In this document: piece by piece, positions 9,115-18,644 of the stretch | How the letters are laid out: each line of letters begins with the position of its first letter | Position numbering within the stretch: position 1 is the stretch's first letter | Assembly (NCBI GenBank): GCA_023253325.1 | Contig: JALRGY010000003.1 | Coordinates: 1 to 59,128 of the forward strand | Direction of reading: 5' to 3' | DNA length: 59,128 bases | Origin: Candidatus Nanopelagicales bacterium | GTDB taxonomy: Bacteria; Actinomycetota; Actinomycetes; S36-B12 | Translations under genes and position numbers: made by a program | Notes under the pieces: model-generated | Databases searched by the model: none | What the model saw: only the letters and a program-made list of their open reading frames with translations | Told to the model about the DNA's origin: nothing

Positions 9115-10251
9115 ATGCGACGATGCCGTTGTGAAAGAGAACCAGTGCGAGAGGTAGTCGTTGGCGTCGGTCTGGCTCCCGGGGACATAACCCTCGATCT
9201 CGGTGAGTTTCACCCAATTTCTCAGGGTGGGTTTCAACTGCACCTGACCCTCGAAGGTGACACGATTCTTTCTGCGCAACCGCGCATCGGTTTCATGCAT
9301 CGCGGAGCGGAGAAACTATTTGAGGCCCGCGACTACAAACAGATCATGATGTTGGCCAACCGCCATGACTGGTTTTCCCCATTTGCATCAGAACTCGGAG
9401 TTGCACTCACGTTGGAAACCGCCATGGGCATTACGCCACCCGTTCGTGCCACGTGGATTCGCATGCTCATGGCAGAACTAACACGCATGAACGTTCACTT
9501 GGCATTCCTTGTGGGGACCATTACCGATTCGCAGTCACGCGACTGCCGCACCTTGCGCGAAAAAATCACCGTGTGGTTTGAATCCGCAACTGGCAATCGG
9601 GTGCACCCCATGTTTGCCCGCATCGGTGGCATTGCGCACGACCTTGATCCAGAGCTCATTAGCGCTGCAGGAGCGATTGCCACCGACATCGCAGGCAATC
9701 TCGCTGCATGGAGAGATTCCATTAACGCGGCGGATCTTGCCGGTGTTGCGGTACTTGGCATGGAAAGTGCACTGGGTCACGGCGCGAGCGGCCCTGTTGG
9801 TCATGCAAGTGGACTGGCCAATGACCTTCGACTCGCAAGTCCATATATGTTGTATTCGGAATTGGAATTTATTGAAAACACTGCGCCCGTTGATGGTGAT
9901 GCGAGGTCGCGGTTCCTTCAACTCACACATGAGTTAGAGCAGAGCGCGAATCTCATTGATCAGTGTGTGAGTGCCATCAACGGATCCCGTGCAACTGAAG
10001 TCAATGTCGTTCTACCCAAAGTGGTACGCGCCCCTGAAGGAACCACGTACTCCTGGAGTGAAGGCCCCACGGGTATCAACGGATGGCTGTTGGTCAGCGC
10101 GGGAGATAAAACACCTTGGCGCTTGAAGTTGCGCTCGGCATCCTTCAACAACTTTGATGCACTCACCAAAACTCTTGCGGGACTTCACATTGATCAATTG
10201 CCCGCGGCAATAAAAAGTACTTTTGTTGTTATTGGTGACTTGGATCGTTAG
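9115..10251 (+). CDS. NuoD/NDUFS2-like protein (orphan complex I 49-kDa-subunit homologue)
   Basis: HPISQGGFQLHLTLEGDTILSAQPRIGFMHRGAEKLFE aligns with the NuoD signature HPAAHGVLRLVLELDGE...HIGLLHRGTEKLIE. The C-terminus VVIGDLDR matches the NuoD end IVFGEVDR. No other nuo genes occur in the window. The start may be a GTG about 30 nt downstream. Confidence 0.75.
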   Translation: MRRCRCEREPVREVVVGVGLAPGDITLDLGEFHPISQGGFQLHLTLEGDTILSAQPRIGFMHRGAEKLFEARDYKQIMMLANRHDWFSPFASELGVALTLETAMGITPPVRATWIRMLMAELTRMNVHLAFLVGTITDSQSRDCRTLREKITVWFESATGNRVHPMFARIGGIAHDLDPELISAAGAIATDIAGNLAAWRDSINAADLAGVAVLGMESALGHGASGPVGHASGLANDLRLASPYMLYSELEFIENTAPVDGDARSRFLQLTHELEQSANLIDQCVSAINGSRATEVNVVLPKVVRAPEGTTYSWSEGPTGINGWLLVSAGDKTPWRLKLRSASFNNFDALTKTLAGLHIDQLPAAIKSTFVVIGDLDR

Positions 10252-10528
10252 CACGAATGTAGGTAGCAAACCGAGCACGCAGTAGTGGCTCGATTTCGGG
10301 GTCAATCTCCCCGTGGCCAAACATTTGCTTGGCAGCGCGCACTGTCTCAATGAACGTGCCACCGATTGAACCGAGGTCACCGCCCTCGCCCTCAATAGCC
10401 ACCATGCCGGGCATGTGGCTAAAGACATCCGTGAAGAATCCAATGTCGAGTTTCTTCTCCGCCAGATGAAATGCCTTGTGGCGAAGTTCATCAAATGGAA
10501 GGTCTTCCAACGGGATGTTTTCGCTCAT
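10229..10528 (-). CDS. hypothetical acidic protein (99 aa)
   Basis: Only the ORF and coding-like codon usage support it, and I recognise no family. Its 3-prime end overlaps the convergent NuoD-like gene by 23 nt. Confidence 0.45.
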   Translation of the reverse strand: MSENIPLEDLPFDELRHKAFHLAEKKLDIGFFTDVFSHMPGMVAIEGEGGDLGSIGGTFIETVRAAKQMFGHGEIDPEIEPLLRARFATYIRANDPSHQ

Positions 10529-10605
10529 GGGTGCAGAGTACCCATAGACCCCGAGTTTCTGAACCCTGAACCCGGACGGTCACAATCTCGCCGCTGGATA
10601 GAAAG

Positions 10606-10872
10606 TTAGCGAAGTTTTTTATAGATATCTTTTCGATTTCCCACGGCAAGTACCAAGATGACGAGTTCACCTTGGTAAATCTCATAAATGACCCGATAGT
10701 CGCCTGTGCGTACACGCCATGCGAATCCCGCTCCAACCAGGGCGACTGCACTCGGTGGTCTCGGGTTGTCAGCCAATAATTCAATTGCGGCTTGGATTCG
10801 TCGACGCGCCTGAGGATCGCATTTGCGCAAGGCCCGTGCGGCATGTGGCGATAAAACCACCTGATATTTCAT
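10606..10872 (-). CDS. type II toxin-antitoxin system toxin, RelE/ParE family
   Basis: MKYQVVLSPHAARALRKCDPQARRRIQAAIELLADNPRP...RVRTGDYRVIYEIYQGELVILVLAVGNRKDIYK is a typical RelE/ParE fold sequence. The ATG overlaps the antitoxin stop (ATGA). The ORF-track start at 10905 is rejected. Confidence 0.85.
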   Translation of the reverse strand: MKYQVVLSPHAARALRKCDPQARRRIQAAIELLADNPRPPSAVALVGAGFAWRVRTGDYRVIYEIYQGELVILVLAVGNRKDIYKKLR

Positions 10873-11144
10873 AGAAGTCCGAGGTCCGCCTTGACCGACT
10901 CCCATGGGATTGGCAGTGTCTCTGTCTCGTGCATTTCGTTGCGGGCTTCCTGGGCCTCAAGAATGTCGTTCATGTCCTCGGCGAGCTCAAGAAGCCGAGC
11001 TAAATCAGATGAATCGACAATTGCGGCAACTCGCTGGCCGTGTCGCATGAGGTAGACGGGCTCGTGATTCATGCGCGCCCGGTCAATGACTTCAGCGAGT
11101 TCACTGCGCGCCTGGGTAATGCTTATTTCCGTGGGTGCACTCAT
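10869..11144 (-). CDS. type II toxin-antitoxin system antitoxin, Phd/YefM family
   Basis: MSAPTEISITQARSELAEVIDRARMNHEPVYLMRHGQRVAAIVD is the Phd/YefM N-terminal domain. It lies immediately upstream of, and is translationally coupled to, the RelE-like gene. Confidence 0.85.
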   Translation of the reverse strand: MSAPTEISITQARSELAEVIDRARMNHEPVYLMRHGQRVAAIVDSSDLARLLELAEDMNDILEAQEARNEMHETETLPIPWESVKADLGLL

Positions 11145-11148
11145 GGCA

Positions 11149-11171
11149 TTAATGTACATTATGTACATTAA
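11149..11171. promoter_or_regulatory. 23-bp perfect palindrome TTAATGTACAT-t-ATGTACATTAA, candidate autoregulatory operator/promoter of the Phd-RelE operon
   Basis: Exact 11-bp inverted arms lie 4 nt upstream of the antitoxin ATG. The element is AT-rich and contains TACATT/TACATA -10-like hexamers. Its closeness to the ATG suggests a leaderless or very short-leader mRNA. Confidence 0.6.
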
Positions 11172-11183
11172 TCGGGCAAGAAG

Positions 11184-11642
11184 TTAGCTTTGAGAACCAT
11201 CCTCATTCCGCGCAACACACATTGATTCCAGCCACAGGCCCGAAACCACCAGAATGATGGATCCGATGGCTGCGAGAAATGCCGAAATCATGGTTGACCA
11301 TCCGGCCGGTGTTGCAGATTGCCCAACGGCAACGAGGGCGACCCCAAGATAAAACCCGGCAATGACCGCACCGGTGCGGCTCGCGGCCATGGCGAGGACC
11401 GCAATGCGCGCAGACGCTAATGGCGGGAATGGCTGGGCACCCGGTTTACGTTCAAGGCGCGGTTTGGCAAAAAGAGTCCAGAGACCAACGCTGACCCCAA
11501 GAATCCAGAGAGCAGCCGGTGCAAGACTCGGCACCGGGATACTTCGCCCCGTTTGGCCTTGAACTATTTCTGCGCTTGCCCACCCAATGGCACCAAGGAC
11601 AACAAAAATTATGGCTAGGTGCGAGACCTTGGTGTGACCCAT
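11184..11642 (-). CDS. DUF3180-like integral membrane protein (conserved downstream of folK in actinobacteria)
   Basis: Four predicted hydrophobic helices, 152 aa. The start overlaps the folK stop. The position is equivalent to the membrane protein following folK in mycobacteria. Confidence 0.65.
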   Translation of the reverse strand: MGHTKVSHLAIIFVVLGAIGWASAEIVQGQTGRSIPVPSLAPAALWILGVSVGLWTLFAKPRLERKPGAQPFPPLASARIAVLAMAASRTGAVIAGFYLGVALVAVGQSATPAGWSTMISAFLAAIGSIILVVSGLWLESMCVARNEDGSQS

Positions 11643-12157
11643 TACTCGTCCAGCCTCTCCGGGATTACCGTCAGTGAATCACGAGCACTTGGGAGTTGAT
11701 CAATGCTCCCATGCCCGGGAAGCTCACGAAACTTACTTGGTAACGCAATCTCATTCCATGGCACTGTGACAAATGACCGCTCAAATGCCCGCGGGTGCGG
11801 GATCGTGAGATCAGGTGTGTCCATGAGGACCGGAACACCGTCGCGCCAGGCGGCAATAATGTCAAGATCAAGTGTTCGAGGTCCCCACCTGACTTCACGC
11901 GTGCGACCGAATTCGTTTTCCACATGGTGAAGTTCATCCAATACCTCTGTGGGCGAGAGCTCGGTCTCGAACACGGCGACAGCGTTGGTGAAATCCCCCT
12001 GCTCAACTCCACCGACCGGTGCGGTTCGGTAAAGACCCGACGTTCCCACCACTTTCCACGATATTGCAAGTTTGATATAGGCACTTTTTAAGGTGTCAAC
12101 AGGCTGATCAAGGTTTGCACCAAAGGCGATGACATAGGTGTTCACAGCAGCGCTCAC
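11642..12157 (-). CDS. folK: 2-amino-4-hydroxy-6-hydroxymethyldihydropteridine diphosphokinase
   Basis: HPPK motifs (AFGANL, YRTAPVG, RWGPRTLDLDII, PHPR). Confidence 0.9.
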   Translation of the reverse strand: MSAAVNTYVIAFGANLDQPVDTLKSAYIKLAISWKVVGTSGLYRTAPVGGVEQGDFTNAVAVFETELSPTEVLDELHHVENEFGRTREVRWGPRTLDLDIIAAWRDGVPVLMDTPDLTIPHPRAFERSFVTVPWNEIALPSKFRELPGHGSIDQLPSARDSLTVIPERLDE

Positions 12158-12160
12158 TGA

Positions 12161-13342
12161 CTACCTGTGCTTGTAACGACTGACAACGACATCACCGAAA
12201 TCACCTTCAATGGGCGCATCAGGTTTATGAACCCTGACATTAACGGAGACTACCTGAGGAAAATTCAAACAATCCGAGGCAATGGACTCAGCAAGTTTCT
12301 CAATCAGATCAACCGGCTCACCGGTGATTCGTGCCCTGATTGCATCAGATACTTCCGCGTAATTGACTGTATCCGCGAGGTTATCGGTTTGCGCTGCATG
12401 TGCAATGGAGATTCCCAGAGTGGCATCAATGGAAAAGTACTGTCCATTCTCGCGTTCATGTTCCAGCACACCGTGATAGCCGAAATCCCTGACACCAAAT
12501 ATTTCAATCGTGTCCATGGTGGGATTGGGGTTGACCGCATTGAGCGCCTTAATTGCGTCATCCGTTGCCTTCACATCATGAACACGCACCCCCCACACTC
12601 CTCGCTGAAGCATCTGGGCACCGATAACAGCGGATGCAATATCCCTGTCCTGCTCCGAGCGTTGATTGCCGTCGGGATCAGCCAAGAGATGCCCAAGGAA
12701 ACGCTTGCGAGAAACACCAACAAGGAGTGGAAAGCCCAGACTCTGAAGATAATCGAAACGGTGAAGCAGTTCCCAATTATGTTCAAATGTCTTGCCAAAC
12801 CCAATTCCTGGATCAAGAATAATGTTGTTCTTATGGATACCGGCAGCACGTGCGCGATCCACTTGTAACTGCAACTCGGTTCGAACATCCTGCACAACGT
12901 CGGTGTAAGCAATGTTCTCTTGCATTGTTTTGCTCGGCCCACGCCAGTGCATGAGAATTATGGGCACATTTAATTCCGCGGCAGTGCTCAACATTTCTGG
13001 GTCAGAAAGTCCGCCGCTGACATCGTTGATCATCGAGGCACCTGCATCTACCGCTGCGTGAGCGACTTGAGCATGCATGGTGTCAATACTGACGTACATG
13101 CCTCTACTAACAAGCTCCTTGATAACGGGGAGCACACGGTCAAGTTCCACATCAACAGGTATGCGCTCTGCTCCGGGTCTGGTGGACTCGCCACCGACAT
13201 CAATGATCTGGGCTCCTTGGCTCACCATGTCCTCGGCCGCGAGAACTGCCGCGTTCACATCTGCGTACCGGCCGCCATCAGAGAAAGAATCAGGTGTGAC
13301 ATTGAGGATCCCCATAATGACACCGGGATTCCGAATGCTCAT
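12161..13342 (-). CDS. folP-folB: fused dihydropteroate synthase (N-terminal about 275 aa) and dihydroneopterin aldolase (C-terminal 118 aa)
   Basis: The N-terminal part carries GILNVTPDSFSDGG, DVGGESTRPG and INDVSGG (FolP). From MDTIEIFGVRDFGYHGVLEHERENGQYF (codon 276, about nt 12517) the sequence is FolB-like. There is no stop between the two parts. Confidence 0.85.
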   Translation of the reverse strand: MSIRNPGVIMGILNVTPDSFSDGGRYADVNAAVLAAEDMVSQGAQIIDVGGESTRPGAERIPVDVELDRVLPVIKELVSRGMYVSIDTMHAQVAHAAVDAGASMINDVSGGLSDPEMLSTAAELNVPIILMHWRGPSKTMQENIAYTDVVQDVRTELQLQVDRARAAGIHKNNIILDPGIGFGKTFEHNWELLHRFDYLQSLGFPLLVGVSRKRFLGHLLADPDGNQRSEQDRDIASAVIGAQMLQRGVWGVRVHDVKATDDAIKALNAVNPNPTMDTIEIFGVRDFGYHGVLEHERENGQYFSIDATLGISIAHAAQTDNLADTVNYAEVSDAIRARITGEPVDLIEKLAESIASDCLNFPQVVSVNVRVHKPDAPIEGDFGDVVVSRYKHR

Positions 13343-13346
13343 TGCG

Positions 13347-13961
13347 CTACCGTCCCGAGGAAATCAATGCCATGGCTTCAGCGCGCGTTGCGGCATCGCG
13401 CAAACTGCCACGAACCACACTCGTTGTTGTCATCGCACCGGGCTTGCGCACACCACGCAGCGACATGCACATGTGCTCGGCTTCAATGATCACGATCGCA
13501 CCGCGCGGCTGAAGTATCTCCATGATGGAGTCGGCGATCTGCGCGGTTAGCCGCTCTTGTACCTGTGGACGGTGGGCGAACACATCGGTGACGCGGGCCA
13601 ACTTGGACAGTCCCGTGATTCTCCCGTTTTCATTCGGGATGTAACCAATATGGGCAACACCATGGAACGGCAATAGGTGGTGTTCACACATGCTGTTAAC
13701 ACTGATGTCTTTAACAATTACGAGTTCGTCATGGCCCAGATCAAATGTGGTCGTGAGAACTTCTTCAGCATTCTGGTGTAGCCCACCAAAGATTTCGGCA
13801 TAACCGCGAGCCACCCGAGCAGGGGTGTCCAGCAATCCATCGCGCTCGGGGTTCTCACCGATTGCAACCAACAGGTCCCTGATGGCTCGCTCGACACCTT
13901 CATGGTTATAGGGAGCGATTGCTGCCGGTTCGGGTGAACTAATCGGATTGATATCGCCCAT
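13347..13961 (-). CDS. folE: GTP cyclohydrolase I
   Basis: Motifs [19 protein letters not shown] and HMCM. I trimmed the start to MGDINPISS, just downstream of the ftsH stop. The ORF-track start 14045 would overlap ftsH by 80 nt. Confidence 0.88.
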   Translation of the reverse strand: MGDINPISSPEPAAIAPYNHEGVERAIRDLLVAIGENPERDGLLDTPARVARGYAEIFGGLHQNAEEVLTTTFDLGHDELVIVKDISVNSMCEHHLLPFHGVAHIGYIPNENGRITGLSKLARVTDVFAHRPQVQERLTAQIADSIMEILQPRGAIVIIEAEHMCMSLRGVRKPGAMTTTSVVRGSLRDAATRAEAMALISSGR

Positions 13962-13965
13962 GAGC

Positions 13966-15960
13966 TCACACGCTCGATTCGACTGAATCTTCAGTGCCGG
14001 AAGACGATGTTTCATCTGGCTGCTCACCCGCGGAGACCACAACACTCTCGCGAGCTTCTAATTCCGCGACCACGACAGGACCGCTGAGATCAGGCGCTCT
14101 GCGTGCCGAACCGGTCCAGGCTCCTCGAACCTCGCGCAGATTGAGTTCACGGAAGATCTCTTCGATCTCTCCCTTGTCGAGTGTCTCTCGCTCCATGAGA
14201 GCAACGACGATGGCATCGAGTGCCTCGCGATTGGCCACGAGTAAGTCGTAGGCCTCCTGATGTGCAGCCTCAATGAATGCACGAACTTCTTCATCGATCG
14301 CGGCGGCAACTTCCTCAGAGAAGTCGCGGGTGTGACCCATGTCCCGACCCATGAATACTTCGCTGCTCTCCTTGCCGTATTTGATCGCGCCCAACCGCTC
14401 AGTCATGCCGTACTGCATCACCATGGCGCGGGCAACGGCTGTTGCCTTCTCAATGTCATTGGACGCACCCGTTGTTGGGTCATGAAAAATTAATTCCTCG
14501 GCAGCACGGCCGCCGAGCATGTATGCCAGCTGGTTGAGCATCTGGCTGCGCGTTGTTGAGTACTTCTCCTGGTCCGGCAGGACCATGGTGTAACCCAAAG
14601 CACGGCCACGCGGCATGATCGTAATTTTGTGGACCGGATCGTTGCCCGGCAATGCCGCGGCAACGAGAGCGTGGCCTGCTTCGTGATAGGCAGTGATCAA
14701 GCGTTCTTCGTGGTCCATCACTCGGGTGCGCTTTTGCGGCCCAGCAATGACACGATCGATTGCTTCATCCATGAGCACGTTGTCGATTTCAGTGTGACCA
14801 CCGCGAGCGGTCAGCAGTGCAGCCTCATTGAGCACATTGGCCAGATCTGCGCCGGTGAACCCGGGCGTGCGTCGGGCAACGGCCATGAGATCAACCTCGG
14901 GCTTGATCGGCTTGCCCTTGGCGTGCACCTGCAGAATTTCAAAGCGGCCGGTGAGATCGGGACGATCAACACCAATTTGCCGATCAAATCGACCGGGACG
15001 CAGAAGTGCTGGGTCAAGAATGTCAGGGCGGTTGGTCGCAGCGATCATGATCACGCCACCGGAGACATCGAAACCGTCCATCTCAACGAGCATCTGGTTC
15101 AGCGTCTGCTCTCGCTCGTCATGACCACCGCCCATGCCTGCACCACGATGACGACCGACTGCATCGATTTCATCCATAAAAATAATTGCGGGAGCATTTG
15201 CTTTGGCTTGTTCAAAAAGATCCCGAACGCGGCTAGCGCCAACGCCAACAAACATTTCAACGAAATCAGAACCCGAAATTGAATAGAACGGCACACCAGC
15301 CTCGCCTGCAACCGCGCGCGCGAGGAGGGTCTTACCGGTTCCCGGAGGGCCATAGAGCAATACACCCTTAGGAATCTTGGCGCCGACAGCTTTGAATTTT
15401 TCCGGATCGGCTAGGAAATCTTTGATCTCCTCGAGTTCTTCAACAGCCTCCGCCGCACCTGCGACATCAGCAAATGTTGTTTGCGGCATGTCCTTGGAAA
15501 TCATTTTTGCTTTTGATTTGCCAAAATTCATGATGCGCGAACCGCCACCCTGCATTTGACTGAAAATGAAGACCATGATCAGGACGAGGAGAATGAATGG
15601 CAGCAAGGACACTAACAGCGTGACCAGGAGACTCTCACTGGGAACAACGACGTTGTATCCCCCGGGCAGCATGCCTCCGTCAGATTTTTCTTGCAACATT
15701 TCCTGGAGCAGTACACCTTGACCCGTGACGTAGGTGGCGCGAACAATGTCGCCGTTCTTCAGCGTGAGTTCAAGAACTTGATCGCGATCCGTGATGGTCG
15801 CGGTATCGACGTTGCCCTTGGAAATCTCCGAGATCGCGACACTGGTGTCGATTTCATCGGGCGCACCCGCACCTGAAATAAGGCTGGAACCCACCAGAAC
15901 AAAAATGACGGCAAGAGCGATCCAGAAAAAGGGTCCCCGAATGATCCGCTTGAAATTCAC
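13966..15960 (-). CDS. ftsH: ATP-dependent zinc metalloprotease FtsH
   Basis: Two N-terminal TM helices, AAA+ Walker A GPPGTGKT, Walker [12 protein letters not shown], and zinc motif HEAGHA. GTG start. Confidence 0.95.
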   Translation of the reverse strand: MNFKRIIRGPFFWIALAVIFVLVGSSLISGAGAPDEIDTSVAISEISKGNVDTATITDRDQVLELTLKNGDIVRATYVTGQGVLLQEMLQEKSDGGMLPGGYNVVVPSESLLVTLLVSLLPFILLVLIMVFIFSQMQGGGSRIMNFGKSKAKMISKDMPQTTFADVAGAAEAVEELEEIKDFLADPEKFKAVGAKIPKGVLLYGPPGTGKTLLARAVAGEAGVPFYSISGSDFVEMFVGVGASRVRDLFEQAKANAPAIIFMDEIDAVGRHRGAGMGGGHDEREQTLNQMLVEMDGFDVSGGVIMIAATNRPDILDPALLRPGRFDRQIGVDRPDLTGRFEILQVHAKGKPIKPEVDLMAVARRTPGFTGADLANVLNEAALLTARGGHTEIDNVLMDEAIDRVIAGPQKRTRVMDHEERLITAYHEAGHALVAAALPGNDPVHKITIMPRGRALGYTMVLPDQEKYSTTRSQMLNQLAYMLGGRAAEELIFHDPTTGASNDIEKATAVARAMVMQYGMTERLGAIKYGKESSEVFMGRDMGHTRDFSEEVAAAIDEEVRAFIEAAHQEAYDLLVANREALDAIVVALMERETLDKGEIEEIFRELNLREVRGAWTGSARRAPDLSGPVVVAELEARESVVVSAGEQPDETSSSGTEDSVESSV

Positions 15961-16044
15961 TTCCTCACGGTACTACGACCCCATGGGGGGATGTGCCTTG
16001 CATTCGCCGTTATGCCCACGGCGAAAAGGTCAAAAGGCTTGAAT

Positions 16045-16602
16045 CTAGTTCTCGTACACGTGCGGCGCGAGAGTTCCCACGCATCGCAGGTTTCGGTACT
16101 TCTGGGCGTAATCCAACCCGTAACCCACCACGAATTCGTTGGGGATGTCAAAGCCGACATATTTTGCCTCAACGAGGACCTTCATGGCCTCCGGTTTGCG
16201 CAGCAGGGTGAAAACTTCAATGGACTTTGGGTGGCGCGAGCCAAGATTTTTGAGCAGCCAGGTCAAGGTCAAGCCTGAGTCCAAAATATCCTCGACCACA
16301 ATCACGTGGCGACCTTCAATGTGGGTGTCGAGATCCTTGAGAATTCGGACTACGCCGCTCGAGGTGGTTCCTGAGCCGTAGGAAGACACGGCCATCCAGT
16401 CCATCTCGACTTTGTGGGTCCGCAGTGACCGCACGAGATCTGCCATAACCATGACGGCACCTTTAAGTACGCCAACGAGCAGAATTTCTTCATCCTCATA
16501 ATCGGATTGGATCTGATCAGCGAGTACCTGGATTCGATTGAGCAGTTCCTCCTCAGTGAGCAGAACGTGTTGTAGGTCTGCACTGATGTCCGCTGAATCC
16601 AT
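16045..16602 (-). CDS. hpt: hypoxanthine phosphoribosyltransferase
   Basis: PRPP-binding motif VIVVEDILDSGLTL, 185 aa, conserved position next to tilS and ftsH. Confidence 0.92.
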   Translation of the reverse strand: MDSADISADLQHVLLTEEELLNRIQVLADQIQSDYEDEEILLVGVLKGAVMVMADLVRSLRTHKVEMDWMAVSSYGSGTTSSGVVRILKDLDTHIEGRHVIVVEDILDSGLTLTWLLKNLGSRHPKSIEVFTLLRKPEAMKVLVEAKYVGFDIPNEFVVGYGLDYAQKYRNLRCVGTLAPHVYEN

Positions 16603-16629
16603 GATTCTCCTCGTTCTGGTTGCTCACTC

Positions 16630-17628
16630 TCACGTGCGGTATATCCGTAGCCTTCCATACTCCCTCGCCGCGCTTGCACCAGATGGCAAAGCTACCTCAC
16701 CTTGGCCATGCCAATTTGTCACCAACGCATTGATTGATGCCACATGGTTAAAAGTCAAAGGTGATGATTCACGTTCGATACCAACCACTTGTTCATAGAT
16801 TCTCCGAATGACCCGTGTCCGGACCGCCTCCGGCAACTCCAGTAGGTGAGCGACTTCGACCGCGCCTTCAGTTGAGTCATGTGAAAAAACAACATTTCCG
16901 ATGCCCAAGTCAGCCCACTGCTCCAGTGCTTGGTCATCAGCACGCAGCAACTCGGCCGAGCGCACCAACCCGGCAACAATGCCCGGACCAAAATCAGTTC
17001 GAAGCGATTCGATGTGCGTGCGCATGTGAACCCGGGCAAAAGACGAATCCAGATTATGCGGATCTGACCATGGAGTGATCTCCATCGGCTCGAGTATTTC
17101 AGCGACCGCCAGAGCGATGTGGTCGCGCGGAGTGCCCAGGAACGGACGGTGAACCTGTCCATCACAGGCGCTCATGGCGCCAAGGGTGTGAGCGCCGGCG
17201 CCACGAAGGAGCCTGAGCAACACGGTTTCTGCTTGATCATCGGCCGTATGCCCCAGGAGAATCGGAATGCCCTTGGCCGCAGATGCCAATGCAACTCGCC
17301 GTGCTTTGCGCGCAGCCGATTCCATTCCCTCCCCCGAACTCTGGTCCACGGTCACGGCAACTACTTCGGCGCTGGTGGCACCAAGTGTCAAAGCATGCGC
17401 ATTGGCAACTCGGGCAATCTCTGCCGAGCCCGGCTGAAGTTGATGGTCCACGGTCACCGCATGCACGGTGAAACCCTCACGTTGGCCGACCCAGGATGCA
17501 ATAGCCGTGAGCACCAGTGAATCAGGGCCGCCCGAACAACCGACGACCACTTCAGTCGTGCCGCTCGGCAGGCAGTCCCTCAGAGCAACGCGCATGGCTA
17601 CAACTTGCTCAGACGCTGGCTTTTTCAT
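16630..17628 (-). CDS. tilS: tRNA(Ile)-lysidine synthetase
   Basis: PP-loop VGCSGGPDS. I chose the start MKKPASEQ, where the ATG overlaps the upstream gene stop (ATGA). The ORF-track start is 17709. Confidence 0.88.
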   Translation of the reverse strand: MKKPASEQVVAMRVALRDCLPSGTTEVVVGCSGGPDSLVLTAIASWVGQREGFTVHAVTVDHQLQPGSAEIARVANAHALTLGATSAEVVAVTVDQSSGEGMESAARKARRVALASAAKGIPILLGHTADDQAETVLLRLLRGAGAHTLGAMSACDGQVHRPFLGTPRDHIALAVAEILEPMEITPWSDPHNLDSSFARVHMRTHIESLRTDFGPGIVAGLVRSAELLRADDQALEQWADLGIGNVVFSHDSTEGAVEVAHLLELPEAVRTRVIRRIYEQVVGIERESSPLTFNHVASINALVTNWHGQGEVALPSGASAAREYGRLRIYRT

Positions 17629-18644
17629 GCCTCGGTGAGCATTCGCTGTTGCCACAGGGCGGGTTTCTGGATCTCCGCCGTTGTTGGCAGGTTTTCTGGT
17701 CTTTGCCAAACCTGATTGAACGCTTGCATGCCCATCGCATCAACACATGAGCTCACAAATGCAGCGCCATTGCGATACTGCGCCAACTTCTCATTCATGC
17801 CTAAAAGGTGAGATACGAAACCCTTATTCTGATCTCGACGTTCCTCAAATCGTTGGCGGATTACGTCGACGGTTGGAATCACTTCGGGACCACCAAGGTC
17901 CATGACGAAATCTGCATGGCCCTCTAGGAGGGTCATGAGCGCACTAATTTTCAAGTAAATTTCTTTTTGTTCATCACTTTGCACGAGTTCAATAATGCTT
18001 TGGTCATTACGAGTGATGACGCTATGAACAACTTGCACAATTCGGCGGGTCAACTCGATGGGGTTCAGTTTCGATGCATTGACAAATTCATTTATAAGTT
18101 GAACGAAATAATCCCGCATCCACGGAACAGCACCAAATTGCACCCGGTGGGTTTCCTCGTGCAGACACACCCACATGCGGAAATCAGTGGGATCAACATC
18201 GAGTGCCTGTTCCACTTTCACAATATTGGGGGCGACAAGCAGCAAGGTTCCTTCCTGCGAAAAAGCTTCATACTGGCCCAGCACTCGCCCTGATGCCCAA
18301 CCCAACACCAAACCCGTTTGAACTGCATTCGCTCGATCGCTCAATGGATCAAAAACGGATGACTCTTTGCTGATCATGCCCATCAACACATCGAGGGCAT
18401 GCGCATTGGACGCTATCCATGTCGGCCTATCAACAACGAGTGCAGGTCGAGCAGCATCCGCGTACATGCCGGTAATCCGTGCGATGTGTTCGCTGGCCAG
18501 CACCGACAGCGATTGCAACTCACTCACCGCCTGCAACGCATCTGCCTGGGTGACAGGTGGTCCCAGGGGTGTTGTGCGCTGGGCTGACTTGAGAATCAAC
18601 TCCAAGTGTGGATTGAGCAAATCGGTACTCACGCGCAGCCACAC
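17625..18644 (-). CDS. zinc-dependent metalloprotease (DUF2342-type, HExxH)
   Basis: Motif LHEETHRVQF. It lies in the conserved actinobacterial position between dacB and tilS. Confidence 0.7.
   Translation of the reverse strand: MWLRVSTDLLNPHLELILKSAQRTTPLGPPVTQADALQAVSELQSLSVLASEHIARITGMYADAARPALVVDRPTWIASNAHALDVLMGMISKESSVFDPLSDRANAVQTGLVLGWASGRVLGQYEAFSQEGTLLLVAPNIVKVEQALDVDPTDFRMWVCLHEETHRVQFGAVPWMRDYFVQLINEFVNASKLNPIELTRRIVQVVHSVITRNDQSIIELVQSDEQKEIYLKISALMTLLEGHADFVMDLGGPEVIPTVDVIRQRFEERRDQNKGFVSHLLGMNEKLAQYRNGAAFVSSCVDAMGMQAFNQVWQRPENLPTTAEIQKPALWQQRMLTEA

Noticed and set aside
9115-10251. NuoD-like protein considered as a [NiFe]-hydrogenase large subunit.
   Set aside because: Neither the N-terminal RxCGxC-type nor the C-terminal DPCxxC-type Cys motif is present, and the C-terminus is NuoD-like (GDLDR). 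The RCRC near the putative N-terminus is not in the hydrogenase motif context.
10491-10844. 117-aa ORF overlapping relE in another frame.
   Set aside because: It overlaps a confidently identified RelE/ParE gene and has no family resemblance.
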